From NCBI GenBank assembly GCA_963556825.1, contig CAUWAM010000006.1:8127-72126 (forward strand): 64,000 bases of DNA. Reading direction: 5' to 3'. The stretch comes from an uncultured Clostridia bacterium (GTDB lineage Bacteria > Bacillota > Clostridia > TANB77 > CAG-508). The notes below the pieces were generated by a model. The model did not search any database. It was not told where the DNA came from and worked only from the letters and a program-made list of their open reading frames with translations. A program made the translations under genes and the position numbers. Below are positions 1 through 7,524 of the stretch, one piece after another (within the stretch, counting starts at the first letter, position 1; each line of letters opens with the position of its first letter).

Positions 1-1
1 G

Positions 2-154
2 AATATTTCTGATGAAAATAAATTAAGTAATTTATCAATAGAAGAACATTATAAGTATTATGAAAATAAAGGTTATGAAAAAAAAGAAATTATTAAATTA
101 ATTGCTAAAGATAGAAATGTAAATAAAAATGAAATTTATAAATTATTTATTTAA
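2..154 (+). CDS. rsmI: 3' end of a CDS entering from the left edge; tail resembles 16S rRNA 2'-O-methyltransferase RsmI (YabC)
   Basis: Open frame from window edge to TAA 152-154 (...EEHYKYYENKGYEKKEIIKLIAKDRNVNKNEIYKLFI*). Convergent with abrB, as yabC-abrB is in Bacillus. Only 50 aa are visible. Confidence 0.45.
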   Translation, partial: NISDENKLSNLSIEEHYKYYENKGYEKKEIIKLIAKDRNVNKNEIYKLFI

Positions 155-158
155 AATA

Positions 159-200
159 AAAAAACAAATAAAAATATTAATTATTATTTTATTTGTTTTT
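159..200. terminator. Bidirectional A/T-rich hairpin between convergent rsmI and abrB
   Basis: aaaaacaaataaaa ... ttttatttgttttt inverted repeat flanked by A/T runs. Confidence 0.5.
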
Positions 201-216
201 TATTTTTTATTTTTAA

Positions 217-477
217 TTATTTTTTTGATTCTTCATGTAAGGAATTAAGTAAATTTGCACATTTATCACACACCAATTTATTTTTATATTCTATTAAATT
301 TTTAGTATTTCCGCAAAAGATGCAATTTGGTTCATATTTTTTTAATACAATACATGGTCCGTCTACATATATTTCGACGGGATCTTTTTCGACAATATTG
401 AATTGATTTCTTATTTCCATTGGTATTACGACTCTTCCCAATTCATCAACTCTTCTTATAATTCCAGTAGATTTCAT
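217..477 (-). CDS. abrB: Transition-state regulator AbrB (SpoVT/AbrB swapped-hairpin domain) with Cys-rich C-terminal tail
   Basis: MKSTGIIRRVDELGRVVIPMEIRNQF... is the canonical AbrB N-terminus. ATG at 477 follows AAGGAGGAAA. The upstream 20 codons of the tracked ORF lack an RBS. The tail carries CIFCG...CDKC. Confidence 0.9.
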   Translation of the reverse strand: MKSTGIIRRVDELGRVVIPMEIRNQFNIVEKDPVEIYVDGPCIVLKKYEPNCIFCGNTKNLIEYKNKLVCDKCANLLNSLHEESKK

Positions 478-589
478 GTTTTTCCTCCTTAATGTTAAGT
501 ATATAATATTTATATCATAAATCATTCTTTCGGTCAATTAAAAGTAATAAAAAAATCATATGATAATAAGATTAATTAAGGTGATATTA

Positions 590-1169
590 ATGTTAAATAT
601 AGTTTGGCCATTTTTTATAATAATATCTATTTTATATGCTATTTGTTTTGGAAATTTAGAAAATTTAAATAATTCTATTTTTGAAAGTACTGCTTCAGCA
701 GTTAATTTGTCTATTACTTTAATCGGTACAATGTGTTTGTGGAGTGGAATTATGAAAATTGCAAGTGAAACATCTTTTGCACAGAAAATAACAAAATTTT
801 TAAGTCCATTAATGAAAATATTGTTTCCCAAAATAAAAAAGACAAGTAAATTATACAAAGAAATTTCCATGAATATGGTAGCAAATATATTGGGACTTGG
901 AAATGCAGCAACACCATTACGGAATTAAAGCGATGAAAACTATGCAGGAAAATAATTCAAATAAAAAAGTTTTAACAGATGAAATGGCTATTTTTATAGT
1001 ATTAAATACAGCATCTATACAATTAATTCCTACAACCGTTATTGCTATAAGGAGTTCTTTAGGATCACAAAATCCAGTAGCAATAATTTTTCCCGTATGG
1101 ATTGCTACAATTTGTGCTGCTATTGCAGGAATAGTTGCCACAAAAATATTTATAAAGATAGGGAAATAA
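590..1169 (+). pseudogene. spmA: Spore maturation protein A, split by a 1-nt insertion near 920
   Basis: ORF 560-928 ends ...GLGNAATPLRN*. ORF 897-1169 continues in the +1 frame with GIKAMKTMQ...; deleting C920 restores the conserved GNAATPLGIKAM. RBS aaggtg lies 6 nt before ATG 590. Confidence 0.8.
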
Positions 1170-1194
1170 AATATTAATTTGGAGAATATAGTAA

Positions 1195-1722
1195 ATGCAA
1201 TTTATTAGTTTTATATCAAATATGGCAATGCCGTTAATAATAATTTTAATTATAATATATGGAATTTTAGAAAGAAAAAAAGTTTTTGATATTTTTTTAG
1301 ATGGAGCAAAGGAAGGGGTAGGAATTGTTTTTAGTATATTTCCTACTTTAGTAGGATTATTTGTTGCAATAGGTTTACTTAGAAGTTCAGGAATAATTGA
1401 TTTGATTGTTAAATTTATAACACCATTATTTGATTTTATAAATTTTCCATCAGAGATACTTCCTCTTGCAATTATAAGACCAATTTCAGGAAGTGCTTCT
1501 ATTGCTGTTGCTACTGATATTATGAAAAATTTTTTCGTTGATAGTAAAATAGGATTAATAGCATCTGTGATTATGGGGTCTACAGAAACCACAGTATATA
1601 CTATTGCTGTTTATACTAGTAGTGTGGGAATAAAGAAAACAAGATTTGTGTTATGGGCTTCTTTAATTGCTGATTTTGTTGGGATTACAACTAGCATTTT
1701 GGTTTGTCAATATTTAATGTAA
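1195..1722 (+). CDS. spmB: Spore maturation protein B
   Basis: 175-aa polytopic nucleoside-recognition-type membrane protein directly after spmA; a typical spmAB pair. Confidence 0.85.
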   Translation: MQFISFISNMAMPLIIILIIIYGILERKKVFDIFLDGAKEGVGIVFSIFPTLVGLFVAIGLLRSSGIIDLIVKFITPLFDFINFPSEILPLAIIRPISGSASIAVATDIMKNFFVDSKIGLIASVIMGSTETTVYTIAVYTSSVGIKKTRFVLWASLIADFVGITTSILVCQYLM

Positions 1723-1730
1723 GTATCAGA

Positions 1731-1748
1731 TGTCAGTTTTTGTCGAAA
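1731..1748 (+). promoter_or_regulatory. 18-bp motif TGTCAGTTTTTGTCGAAA (copy 1) containing a perfect Spo0A box, TGTCGAA
   Basis: Exact duplicate of 7525-7542 in the same orientation. TGTCGAA is preceded, after a 3-bp gap, by the degenerate box TGTCAGT. Confidence 0.6.
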
Positions 1749-1784
1749 GTTTATATTTTAACTCTTTCTTTTTTTCTAATTCAA

Positions 1785-1793
1785 TGTTATAAT
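1785..1793 (+). promoter_or_regulatory. Extended -10 element TGTTATAAT with no ORF behind it
   Basis: TGnTATAAT match about 37 bp downstream of the 18-bp motif. No convincing -35 and no RBS-preceded ORF before the hairpin at 1996. Confidence 0.3.
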
Positions 1794-1995
1794 CTTTTTG
1801 ACACATATTATGATTATACTTCAATATATATATAACATTTTTATCAAAGAAAAATTTAGTATATCATATTATTATTATTGTGGAAGAAGGGAAGGAATAG
1901 GAGACTTAATTATATAAAGAGTGTATTTCCAAAGGTATTGATAGTCACATTTTTTAATTATTTTTTATCAAAATTAGAAAATATTAATAAAAAAT

Positions 1996-2027
1996 AACAA
2001 CCGAGATTTTTTAAAATCTCGATTGTT
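1996..2027 (-). terminator. Rho-independent terminator of the 2032-3831 minus-strand genes
   Basis: aacaaccgagatttt / aaaatctcgattgtt stem (one G:U pair) followed by a T-run on the minus strand. Confidence 0.7.
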
Positions 2028-2031
2028 ACAA

Positions 2032-2625
2032 CTATTTTAGAATTTCATCAACTTTAACACTTAATTCACTATCATTTTTTATTTCTATACTATGACTTTC
2101 TAAGAAATCTTTTAATAAAGAAACTTCTTCATCAGAAAGATTTTCTTTTTCTATTTCTATAATTTTTATTACTAAGTTGTATAATCTTTTTTGATTTTCT
2201 GTTAATGGTGTATTTTTTATATCTACTACTTTAGTTGAATTTTGTTCATTTTCTAAATTATTAGTTATTTCATCAAATTCGCTTGCATAATATTTTTTTA
2301 TAACATTAGCAGTATCATCAAGCTTTTTGCTAATTTCTTTAGCTTGTTCAGTATCAGCAATTTCATCCTCGTTATTTTCTGACATTGTAGACATTGTTTG
2401 AGGTATATCTATTGATGTTCCTGCTTTGTTTTGGTGTTCTTGAGCAAACTTTTCTTTTTCAGATAAAAGTCGTTCTCCTTCTTTTTTATTAGCTTCTGCT
2501 ATACTAGCATCATCCATAATAGGAATATTTAATATTGCTTTAGCAACTAATAAAGATAAAGGAATTATTAATAATACTGCTAAAAATATTATTAGAGCGA
2601 CAATTTTTTTATTTTTAATTTTCAT
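2032..2625 (-). CDS. Membrane-anchored acidic helical protein, function unknown
   Basis: N-terminal TM segment (IVALIIFLAVLLIIPLSLLVA), then an E/D/K-rich soluble part. AAGGAGGAAT RBS. Starts 34 nt after the ricin/amidase gene on the same strand. Confidence 0.7.
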   Translation of the reverse strand: MKIKNKKIVALIIFLAVLLIIPLSLLVAKAILNIPIMDDASIAEANKKEGERLLSEKEKFAQEHQNKAGTSIDIPQTMSTMSENNEDEIADTEQAKEISKKLDDTANVIKKYYASEFDEITNNLENEQNSTKVVDIKNTPLTENQKRLYNLVIKIIEIEKENLSDEEVSLLKDFLESHSIEIKNDSELSVKVDEILK

Positions 2626-2658
2626 ATAAGATTCCTCCTTATATATAATAATTATACA

Positions 2659-3831
2659 CTATATCATTTTTAAAAACAAGAAGTATTCATTAGGATTAGC
2701 TCTACATATATCTAATAAACTTTTTGATAATGTATCAGAAGAATGATAAGTAAGCAAATAAGTATTATTAGTACCATCATTTAAGTAACCAGTAACATAC
2801 ATTGTATGATGTGGGTCTGCAGCAGAACCAAATTTGGATTCAGCCATTTGGATAATACAACCTTGAGAAATTGGTAAATTCCAAGCTAAAGATGGATTAT
2901 TAACTATATCAGAACCTTTGGCTTGATAAATATTAGAAATTCTTGCTCCCCAGTAGTTTTTGAAATTTGGTGCACTTAACCATGGACCAGGTACAGAAGT
3001 ATCCCAACTATATTTTAATTGGTCATTTTTATTTATATCAGTATTATATTTATCATTTTTTCTGTAAATTTGCCAATCATTTTGATAGTGAAATCCAGAG
3101 GCTAATAAACATTGAGAAGCAAAATTTGTACAGTCAGCTGAGCATCTTGGGTATGCAGAAACTGTTTGATTGTAATTGTCTACTGCATATTTTGCACCAA
3201 GGTCAACATCAATAGAAACAGGTTCTAAAATCCATAAATCGTTCCAAGATTTATTATAATCATGTTGTATAACATTTCCTTCATCTGAACAACTTCTGTT
3301 TTCAACTACTAGGCATCTTTCGTAATTACTAATTTTTGAAGCTATTTTATAAACAGAATTATCTGTATAGTATATTTTGAATTTTTCGGAATCTCCTCCA
3401 TGGTTTGTCCAAAGATTAATATTAGCATAGTTACCTGAATTAGCACCGTATACATCTAAAGCAAAATTAGTATTAATTTGTGATAAAAATGTAAAAGTAC
3501 CATCACCATTGTAATTAATATACCATTTTTGATTATTACCACCATTGAATGAACATTGTTGTACATTAGCACCATCAGAAGCATTTCCACGATACACATC
3601 CAAATATCTTCCTGAATAAGCATTTTTTATATAAAAAGTTTTATTCATTATATGTTGAACTATGTTTCCTGGTGAATTTCTAGAAATACTATTTTGAGTA
3701 GAAGTTGAAGATAAATCTTTGGAAATATCATAATCTGCTTTGGATTGTACAGGTAAAAAAACAAAAGAAGTAAGTGCAAATATGGTAGTAAAGACTATGA
3801 TTAAATTTTTTGCTTTTGAAAATTTTTTCAT
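2659..3831 (-). CDS. Secreted ricin-B-lectin plus Amidase_6-type (Cys/His, papain-like fold) putative cell-wall amidase
   Basis: Signal peptide MKKFSKAKNLIIVFTTIFALTSFVFLPVQSKA. Three beta-trefoil subrepeats end in QKW / EKF / DLW. The C-terminal part carries SADCTNFASQCLLASG and DPHHTMYVTGY, the Cys and His motifs of the putative amidase domain family. Confidence 0.75.
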   Translation of the reverse strand: MKKFSKAKNLIIVFTTIFALTSFVFLPVQSKADYDISKDLSSTSTQNSISRNSPGNIVQHIMNKTFYIKNAYSGRYLDVYRGNASDGANVQQCSFNGGNNQKWYINYNGDGTFTFLSQINTNFALDVYGANSGNYANINLWTNHGGDSEKFKIYYTDNSVYKIASKISNYERCLVVENRSCSDEGNVIQHDYNKSWNDLWILEPVSIDVDLGAKYAVDNYNQTVSAYPRCSADCTNFASQCLLASGFHYQNDWQIYRKNDKYNTDINKNDQLKYSWDTSVPGPWLSAPNFKNYWGARISNIYQAKGSDIVNNPSLAWNLPISQGCIIQMAESKFGSAADPHHTMYVTGYLNDGTNNTYLLTYHSSDTLSKSLLDICRANPNEYFLFLKMI

Positions 3832-4106
3832 ATATAAAACCCCCTTTTAATTATTTTATAGAGATACCAAGATGGCTATAAACAAAAATTCACCTCCTTT
3901 ATTTAAACTACAATATTGCAAAATAAATTCTACAAATATATTGTTTTTTAGAAAGTGAATGTTTACTATTTGCAAAGTTCAATTTGCATATATTTTTTAA
4001 TTATATATATCATAAAAAAATAAAAATGTATAAAAAGATAAAAAAAGATAAAATATGCAACTATTTTATATAAATATATCATCTTATAAATGATAAGGAG
4101 GGGGTT

Positions 4107-4829
4107 ATGGTAAATATATTAGTAGTAGATGATAATTTTAGTTATTCTAAATGTTTAATAAATAAATTAGTATCAGATAATGTCAATATAAGAATATCGT
4201 ATATAGCTACCAACGGATGTGAAGCATTAAATAAAATAAAAGAACCTAATAATGATATAGATGTAATATTATTAGATTTGGTTTTACCTCAGATTAGTGG
4301 TTTTGAAATTTTAAAATATATAGAGGAAAATAATATTACTAAATATAAAGGTTCTGTAATAGTTTTATCTGGAGAAGTTAATAATTTCCCTAAGAATAGT
4401 TGGGTTCATTCAAGTATATCCAAAATAAGAGGATTTAATTTTGTAATAAATGAAATTGAGGATTTAATAAAAACAAAAGAGTATTGCAAACTTCCAATAG
4501 AAAAAAAAGTAAAAAATGAATTAGAAAAATTAAATTATAATTTTAAATACGTAGGAACTACATATTTATTAGAAACAATAATATTATTGTACAACCAAGA
4601 AACAAATAACAGAATTAAACTTGAAAAAAATATATATCCTATAATTGCAAAAAAATATAATACCACTGTACATAATATAAAAATAAATATAATAAATTCA
4701 ACTAAAGAGATGTATTTTGACTGTGCAGAATCAACGTTATTTAAAACTTTAAAATTGGTTCAGGGGGAAAAGCCAAAACCCAAAGATGTAATCTCATCAA
4801 TAATTGCAAAATTAAAAAATTTTGAATAA
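4107..4829 (+). CDS. Orphan response regulator with a Spo0A-type C-terminal DNA-binding domain (divergent Spo0A paralogue)
   Basis: Receiver domain with VVDDN and ILLDLVLP acceptor-Asp motifs. The C-terminal [10 protein letters not shown]...[26 protein letters not shown] aligns to Spo0A YLREAI...[28 protein letters not shown], but the recognition-helix residues differ. AAGGAGGGGG RBS. Confidence 0.75.
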   Translation: [240 protein letters not shown]

Positions 4830-4832
4830 TAA

Positions 4833-4860
4833 AAAGAGTTCTCTATCAACAGAACTCTTT
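4833..4860. terminator. Hairpin between convergent genes 4107-4829 and 4900-5409
   Basis: aaagagttct / agaactcttt 10-bp stem with an 8-nt loop. Confidence 0.6.
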
Positions 4861-4899
4861 AGAATTAGGAAGATAAATGTTAATTTGGGTAAGAAATTA

Positions 4900-5409
4900 T
4901 TAATTACCTACATAAATCTCATATTTTACCCAAGCGCTTCTATAAAATCCTGGTGGATTACTAATACTACTTGCATCAACAAAAACCTGTATTCTACGAC
5001 CTGGATAAACATTAGCAAATCCTCCTATAAAGCTAGTTGATGTAGTCCCGTCATTATGCAAATCCTTGATTACTGTGCTAGACAAAATTTCGCCAGTATC
5101 ATAATCTCTTAGCTGAATAGTTAACTGAATCTGACTATTTGAAGAATCAGCTCGTCTAAACTCTCCAGTAAGAAAAATGTAACTTCCAGAATCAACTACT
5201 TTATATGGAGTTAGATTATTATTGTTGAATGTATATTCAGATGCATAGGTCTTTCCAGCTTGCCAATGAGTAGTTGCTCGAGCTTCAACAGAATTTTCAG
5301 CTACGAGCGGATTTTCTTGTGCAAACACATCAAAACTTGATAATGATAAAATCATTATTGTGGTTAATAACAAACTAAGAACTTTTTTTATATTTACTGC
5401 TTTTTTCAT
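4900..5409 (-). CDS. Small secreted protein, function unknown (last gene of the ECF sigma operon)
   Basis: Internal ATG at 5409 gives MKKAVNIKKVLSLLLTTIMILSLSSFDVFAQE (signal peptide) preceded by GGGAGA. The mature part reads as beta-rich by composition. The upstream 31 codons of the tracked ORF have no RBS. Confidence 0.65.
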   Translation of the reverse strand: MKKAVNIKKVLSLLLTTIMILSLSSFDVFAQENPLVAENSVEARATTHWQAGKTYASEYTFNNNNLTPYKVVDSGSYIFLTGEFRRADSSNSQIQLTIQLRDYDTGEILSSTVIKDLHNDGTTSTSFIGGFANVYPGRRIQVFVDASSISNPPGFYRSAWVKYEIYVGN

Positions 5410-5515
5410 AATATGTCTCCCTTCGTTTGAAATCTTCCTAATTCTCATGTAGAACACGATAATATTTTTACATACTCTTTCTAATTTTTCAAGAAAAGAC
5501 AAAAAAAGACAAAAT

Positions 5516-6742
5516 TTATTCTTTTTCTAATTCAATTTTAATATCTTTTTCTAGATATTTAAAATGTAAAATTAAATTGTCAGTAGCATCTTTTTTTGTT
5601 AAATCTATAGTTTGAAAAAAGTTAAAATCTCCATTGGAAGAATATATATAATTAGTGTCAGTATCATTACTTGATGTAGCATAAAACTTATCATTGTTTT
5701 CGTTAATAATATAGATATCTGAAAATGGATTTTTGTGTGAATATTTTTCAAATAAATCTTTTAAATCTTTTTGATTGTTTATTTTCATATTTAATTCATC
5801 AATTTTATTTTGTTTCGTTTCAAAATCATCATCGATATTTATATAAGATTTTATGAAATTTATCATATCTGATGTGTTATTATTTTCAATTTTTGTAAAT
5901 AATTCTAATTTTGTTCCAGTATCAGTAACTTGTAATTTTTTTAATTCAATGTCACTATTATTAGATTTTATACTATAAGAAATAATTTCACGATTATAAA
6001 ATTGTTCAGGAACATCTAAAACAAAACTCCATTCTCCATTTGTACTTTCATTTTCTATATTATTAAAGATAATTTTTTTAATATTAATATATAGATATTT
6101 ACTTTTTGGATAATTAAGTGATGTAAAATTATAAATGCATTCAAAAGAATTTGACTTCTTGCTTTTGATATAACTATTTACACCACTATTAGAAAATGAG
6201 TTGTTGAATTTTTCAGAGTTGAATTCTATTCCATTATTGTTACAAAAGGCTTGTATCAGTTTAATATTATCACTATAAATAATATTATTATTTTCATCTG
6301 TTATAATAAAATCTTTTAAGCTAATATTTTTAACTTTTCCTAAACTTTTATTAGTAGTTGAAGTTATATAGAATGTAAAATCCAAGTTGTTATCATCCAT
6401 CAAAAAATTCTCAATACTTATTTTTATGTTATTGGATTCAGCAATAGCATTTTTTGGATTTTCTAAATACCCATTTTGAATGGCTGTATCAATTCCAGTA
6501 TTAAAATTAAAAAAGTTATGTACAAATTGAGATATATCTTTTGCAAAGACAACACCTCCAGTTATTGTAAAAAGACCAGTTAAAATTATTATTATTTTTT
6601 TTAATACTAATGATAGAGTTGGTTTATTTTTTTTATTTTTTAGCGCAGAATCTATTCCTTCAGATATAATAGTAGGTATTTTTTGATTATTTTTAAAATA
6701 ATCAAATAGAAAATTATCAATTTTATCATAATTATTATACAT
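5516..6742 (-). CDS. Putative single-pass anti-sigma factor
   Basis: Start overlaps the sigma gene stop by 8 nt. About 60 aa cytoplasmic N-terminus, one TM (IIIILTGLFTITGGVVFA), large N/K/I-rich extracytoplasmic domain. No HxxxCxxC zinc motif. The role is inferred from architecture and position only. Confidence 0.5.
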   Translation of the reverse strand: MYNNYDKIDNFLFDYFKNNQKIPTIISEGIDSALKNKKNKPTLSLVLKKIIIILTGLFTITGGVVFAKDISQFVHNFFNFNTGIDTAIQNGYLENPKNAIAESNNIKISIENFLMDDNNLDFTFYITSTTNKSLGKVKNISLKDFIITDENNNIIYSDNIKLIQAFCNNNGIEFNSEKFNNSFSNSGVNSYIKSKKSNSFECIYNFTSLNYPKSKYLYINIKKIIFNNIENESTNGEWSFVLDVPEQFYNREIISYSIKSNNSDIELKKLQVTDTGTKLELFTKIENNNTSDMINFIKSYINIDDDFETKQNKIDELNMKINNQKDLKDLFEKYSHKNPFSDIYIINENNDKFYATSSNDTDTNYIYSSNGDFNFFQTIDLTKKDATDNLILHFKYLEKDIKIELEKE

Positions 6743-7268
6743 TTAAAATTCCTCCTTCAAATTCTTTTCTTATTTTTTCTTTTGCTCTTGCAATTTTACT
6801 TTTTACAGTATTAATGTTCATATTTAAAATTTTTGAAATTTCACTACATGAATAATTACTGTTATAGAATAATGTAATTATTAATTTTTCGTCTGTAGAT
6901 AGACTATATAATAATTTTTCAAAGTCTAATTTCGAGTCAATATAATGAATAGAATCTTCATTATATTCCATAGAATTACTTTTGTAGATTTTATTGATTA
7001 GAGAATTTTTTTTGCTTTTCTTTCTATAAATTTGATTACATTCATTTATAAGTATTTTTATAATCCAAGATTTAAAAGTATCGATATTTTTTAGTTTATT
7101 TAACTTTTTGTATGATTTTATAATGGTTTCTTGAATTGCATCATTTATATCATCTAAATCACTCAACTTACTTCTAGCAATTCTATATAAATCATTTTGT
7201 ATTAGTTTAATTAATTCAGTATAAGCTTCTTTATCTCCATTTTGGGAACGAAATATTAATTCTTTCAT
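6735..7268 (-). CDS. ECF-type RNA polymerase sigma-70 family factor
   Basis: Region 2 (DAIQETIIKSYKKLNKL...FKSWIIKILINECNQIYRK) and region 4 HTH (YSCSEISKILNMNINTVKSKIARAKEKIRKE); 177 aa. Confidence 0.85.
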   Translation of the reverse strand: MKELIFRSQNGDKEAYTELIKLIQNDLYRIARSKLSDLDDINDAIQETIIKSYKKLNKLKNIDTFKSWIIKILINECNQIYRKKSKKNSLINKIYKSNSMEYNEDSIHYIDSKLDFEKLLYSLSTDEKLIITLFYNSNYSCSEISKILNMNINTVKSKIARAKEKIRKEFEGGILNV

Positions 7269-7524
7269 CTTTTTTCTCCTTTCATACTAATAAGATGATA
7301 ATTTCTTATATTTTGGGTGCATAACATAGAAAATTATAACAAAAAGTTATATATAAATTTCTGATTGTTTTTTTACATATTATAGATTATTTTTTTCTAT
7401 TCTTCTATTATATAAAATTGCGAAAATTTATTTAAATAATAATATAATAAAGTTGTAGTTTTTTTCGATATAATAGTAAATAAGATTATAAAAATAAAAA
7501 AGAAACTACTTTTTAATTTATGCT

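Noticed and set aside
556-1592. Antisense or overlapping ORFs 556-870(-), 917-1141(-) and 1065-1592(-) across spmA/spmB. The same kind of ORF occurs throughout the track, for example 8705-8953, 26708-27076, 48954-49418, 49983-50321, 50296-50730, 50746-51120, 55875-56357, 57006-57401, 59778-60176, 62174-62569 and 63557-63910.
   Set aside because: Each lies opposite or out of frame to a gene with clear family motifs. They have no RBS, and their L/F/I/S-rich translations are what the antisense of K/N/E/I-rich AT-biased coding DNA produces. They are treated as artefacts.
3856-3900. Very strong Shine-Dalgarno sequence (AAAGGAGGTG, minus strand, 3891-3900) about 55 nt upstream of the ricin/amidase gene start.
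   Set aside because: Only a 9-codon TTG-initiated mini-ORF (MFIAILVSL, 3856-3885) follows. It could be a leader peptide or a stand-by ribosome site, but there is not enough evidence to call a feature.
4822-5040. ORF 4822-5040(+), 72 aa, immediately after the Spo0A-like gene.
   Set aside because: It runs through the intergenic terminator hairpin and antisense to the well-supported secreted-protein gene. It has no RBS.
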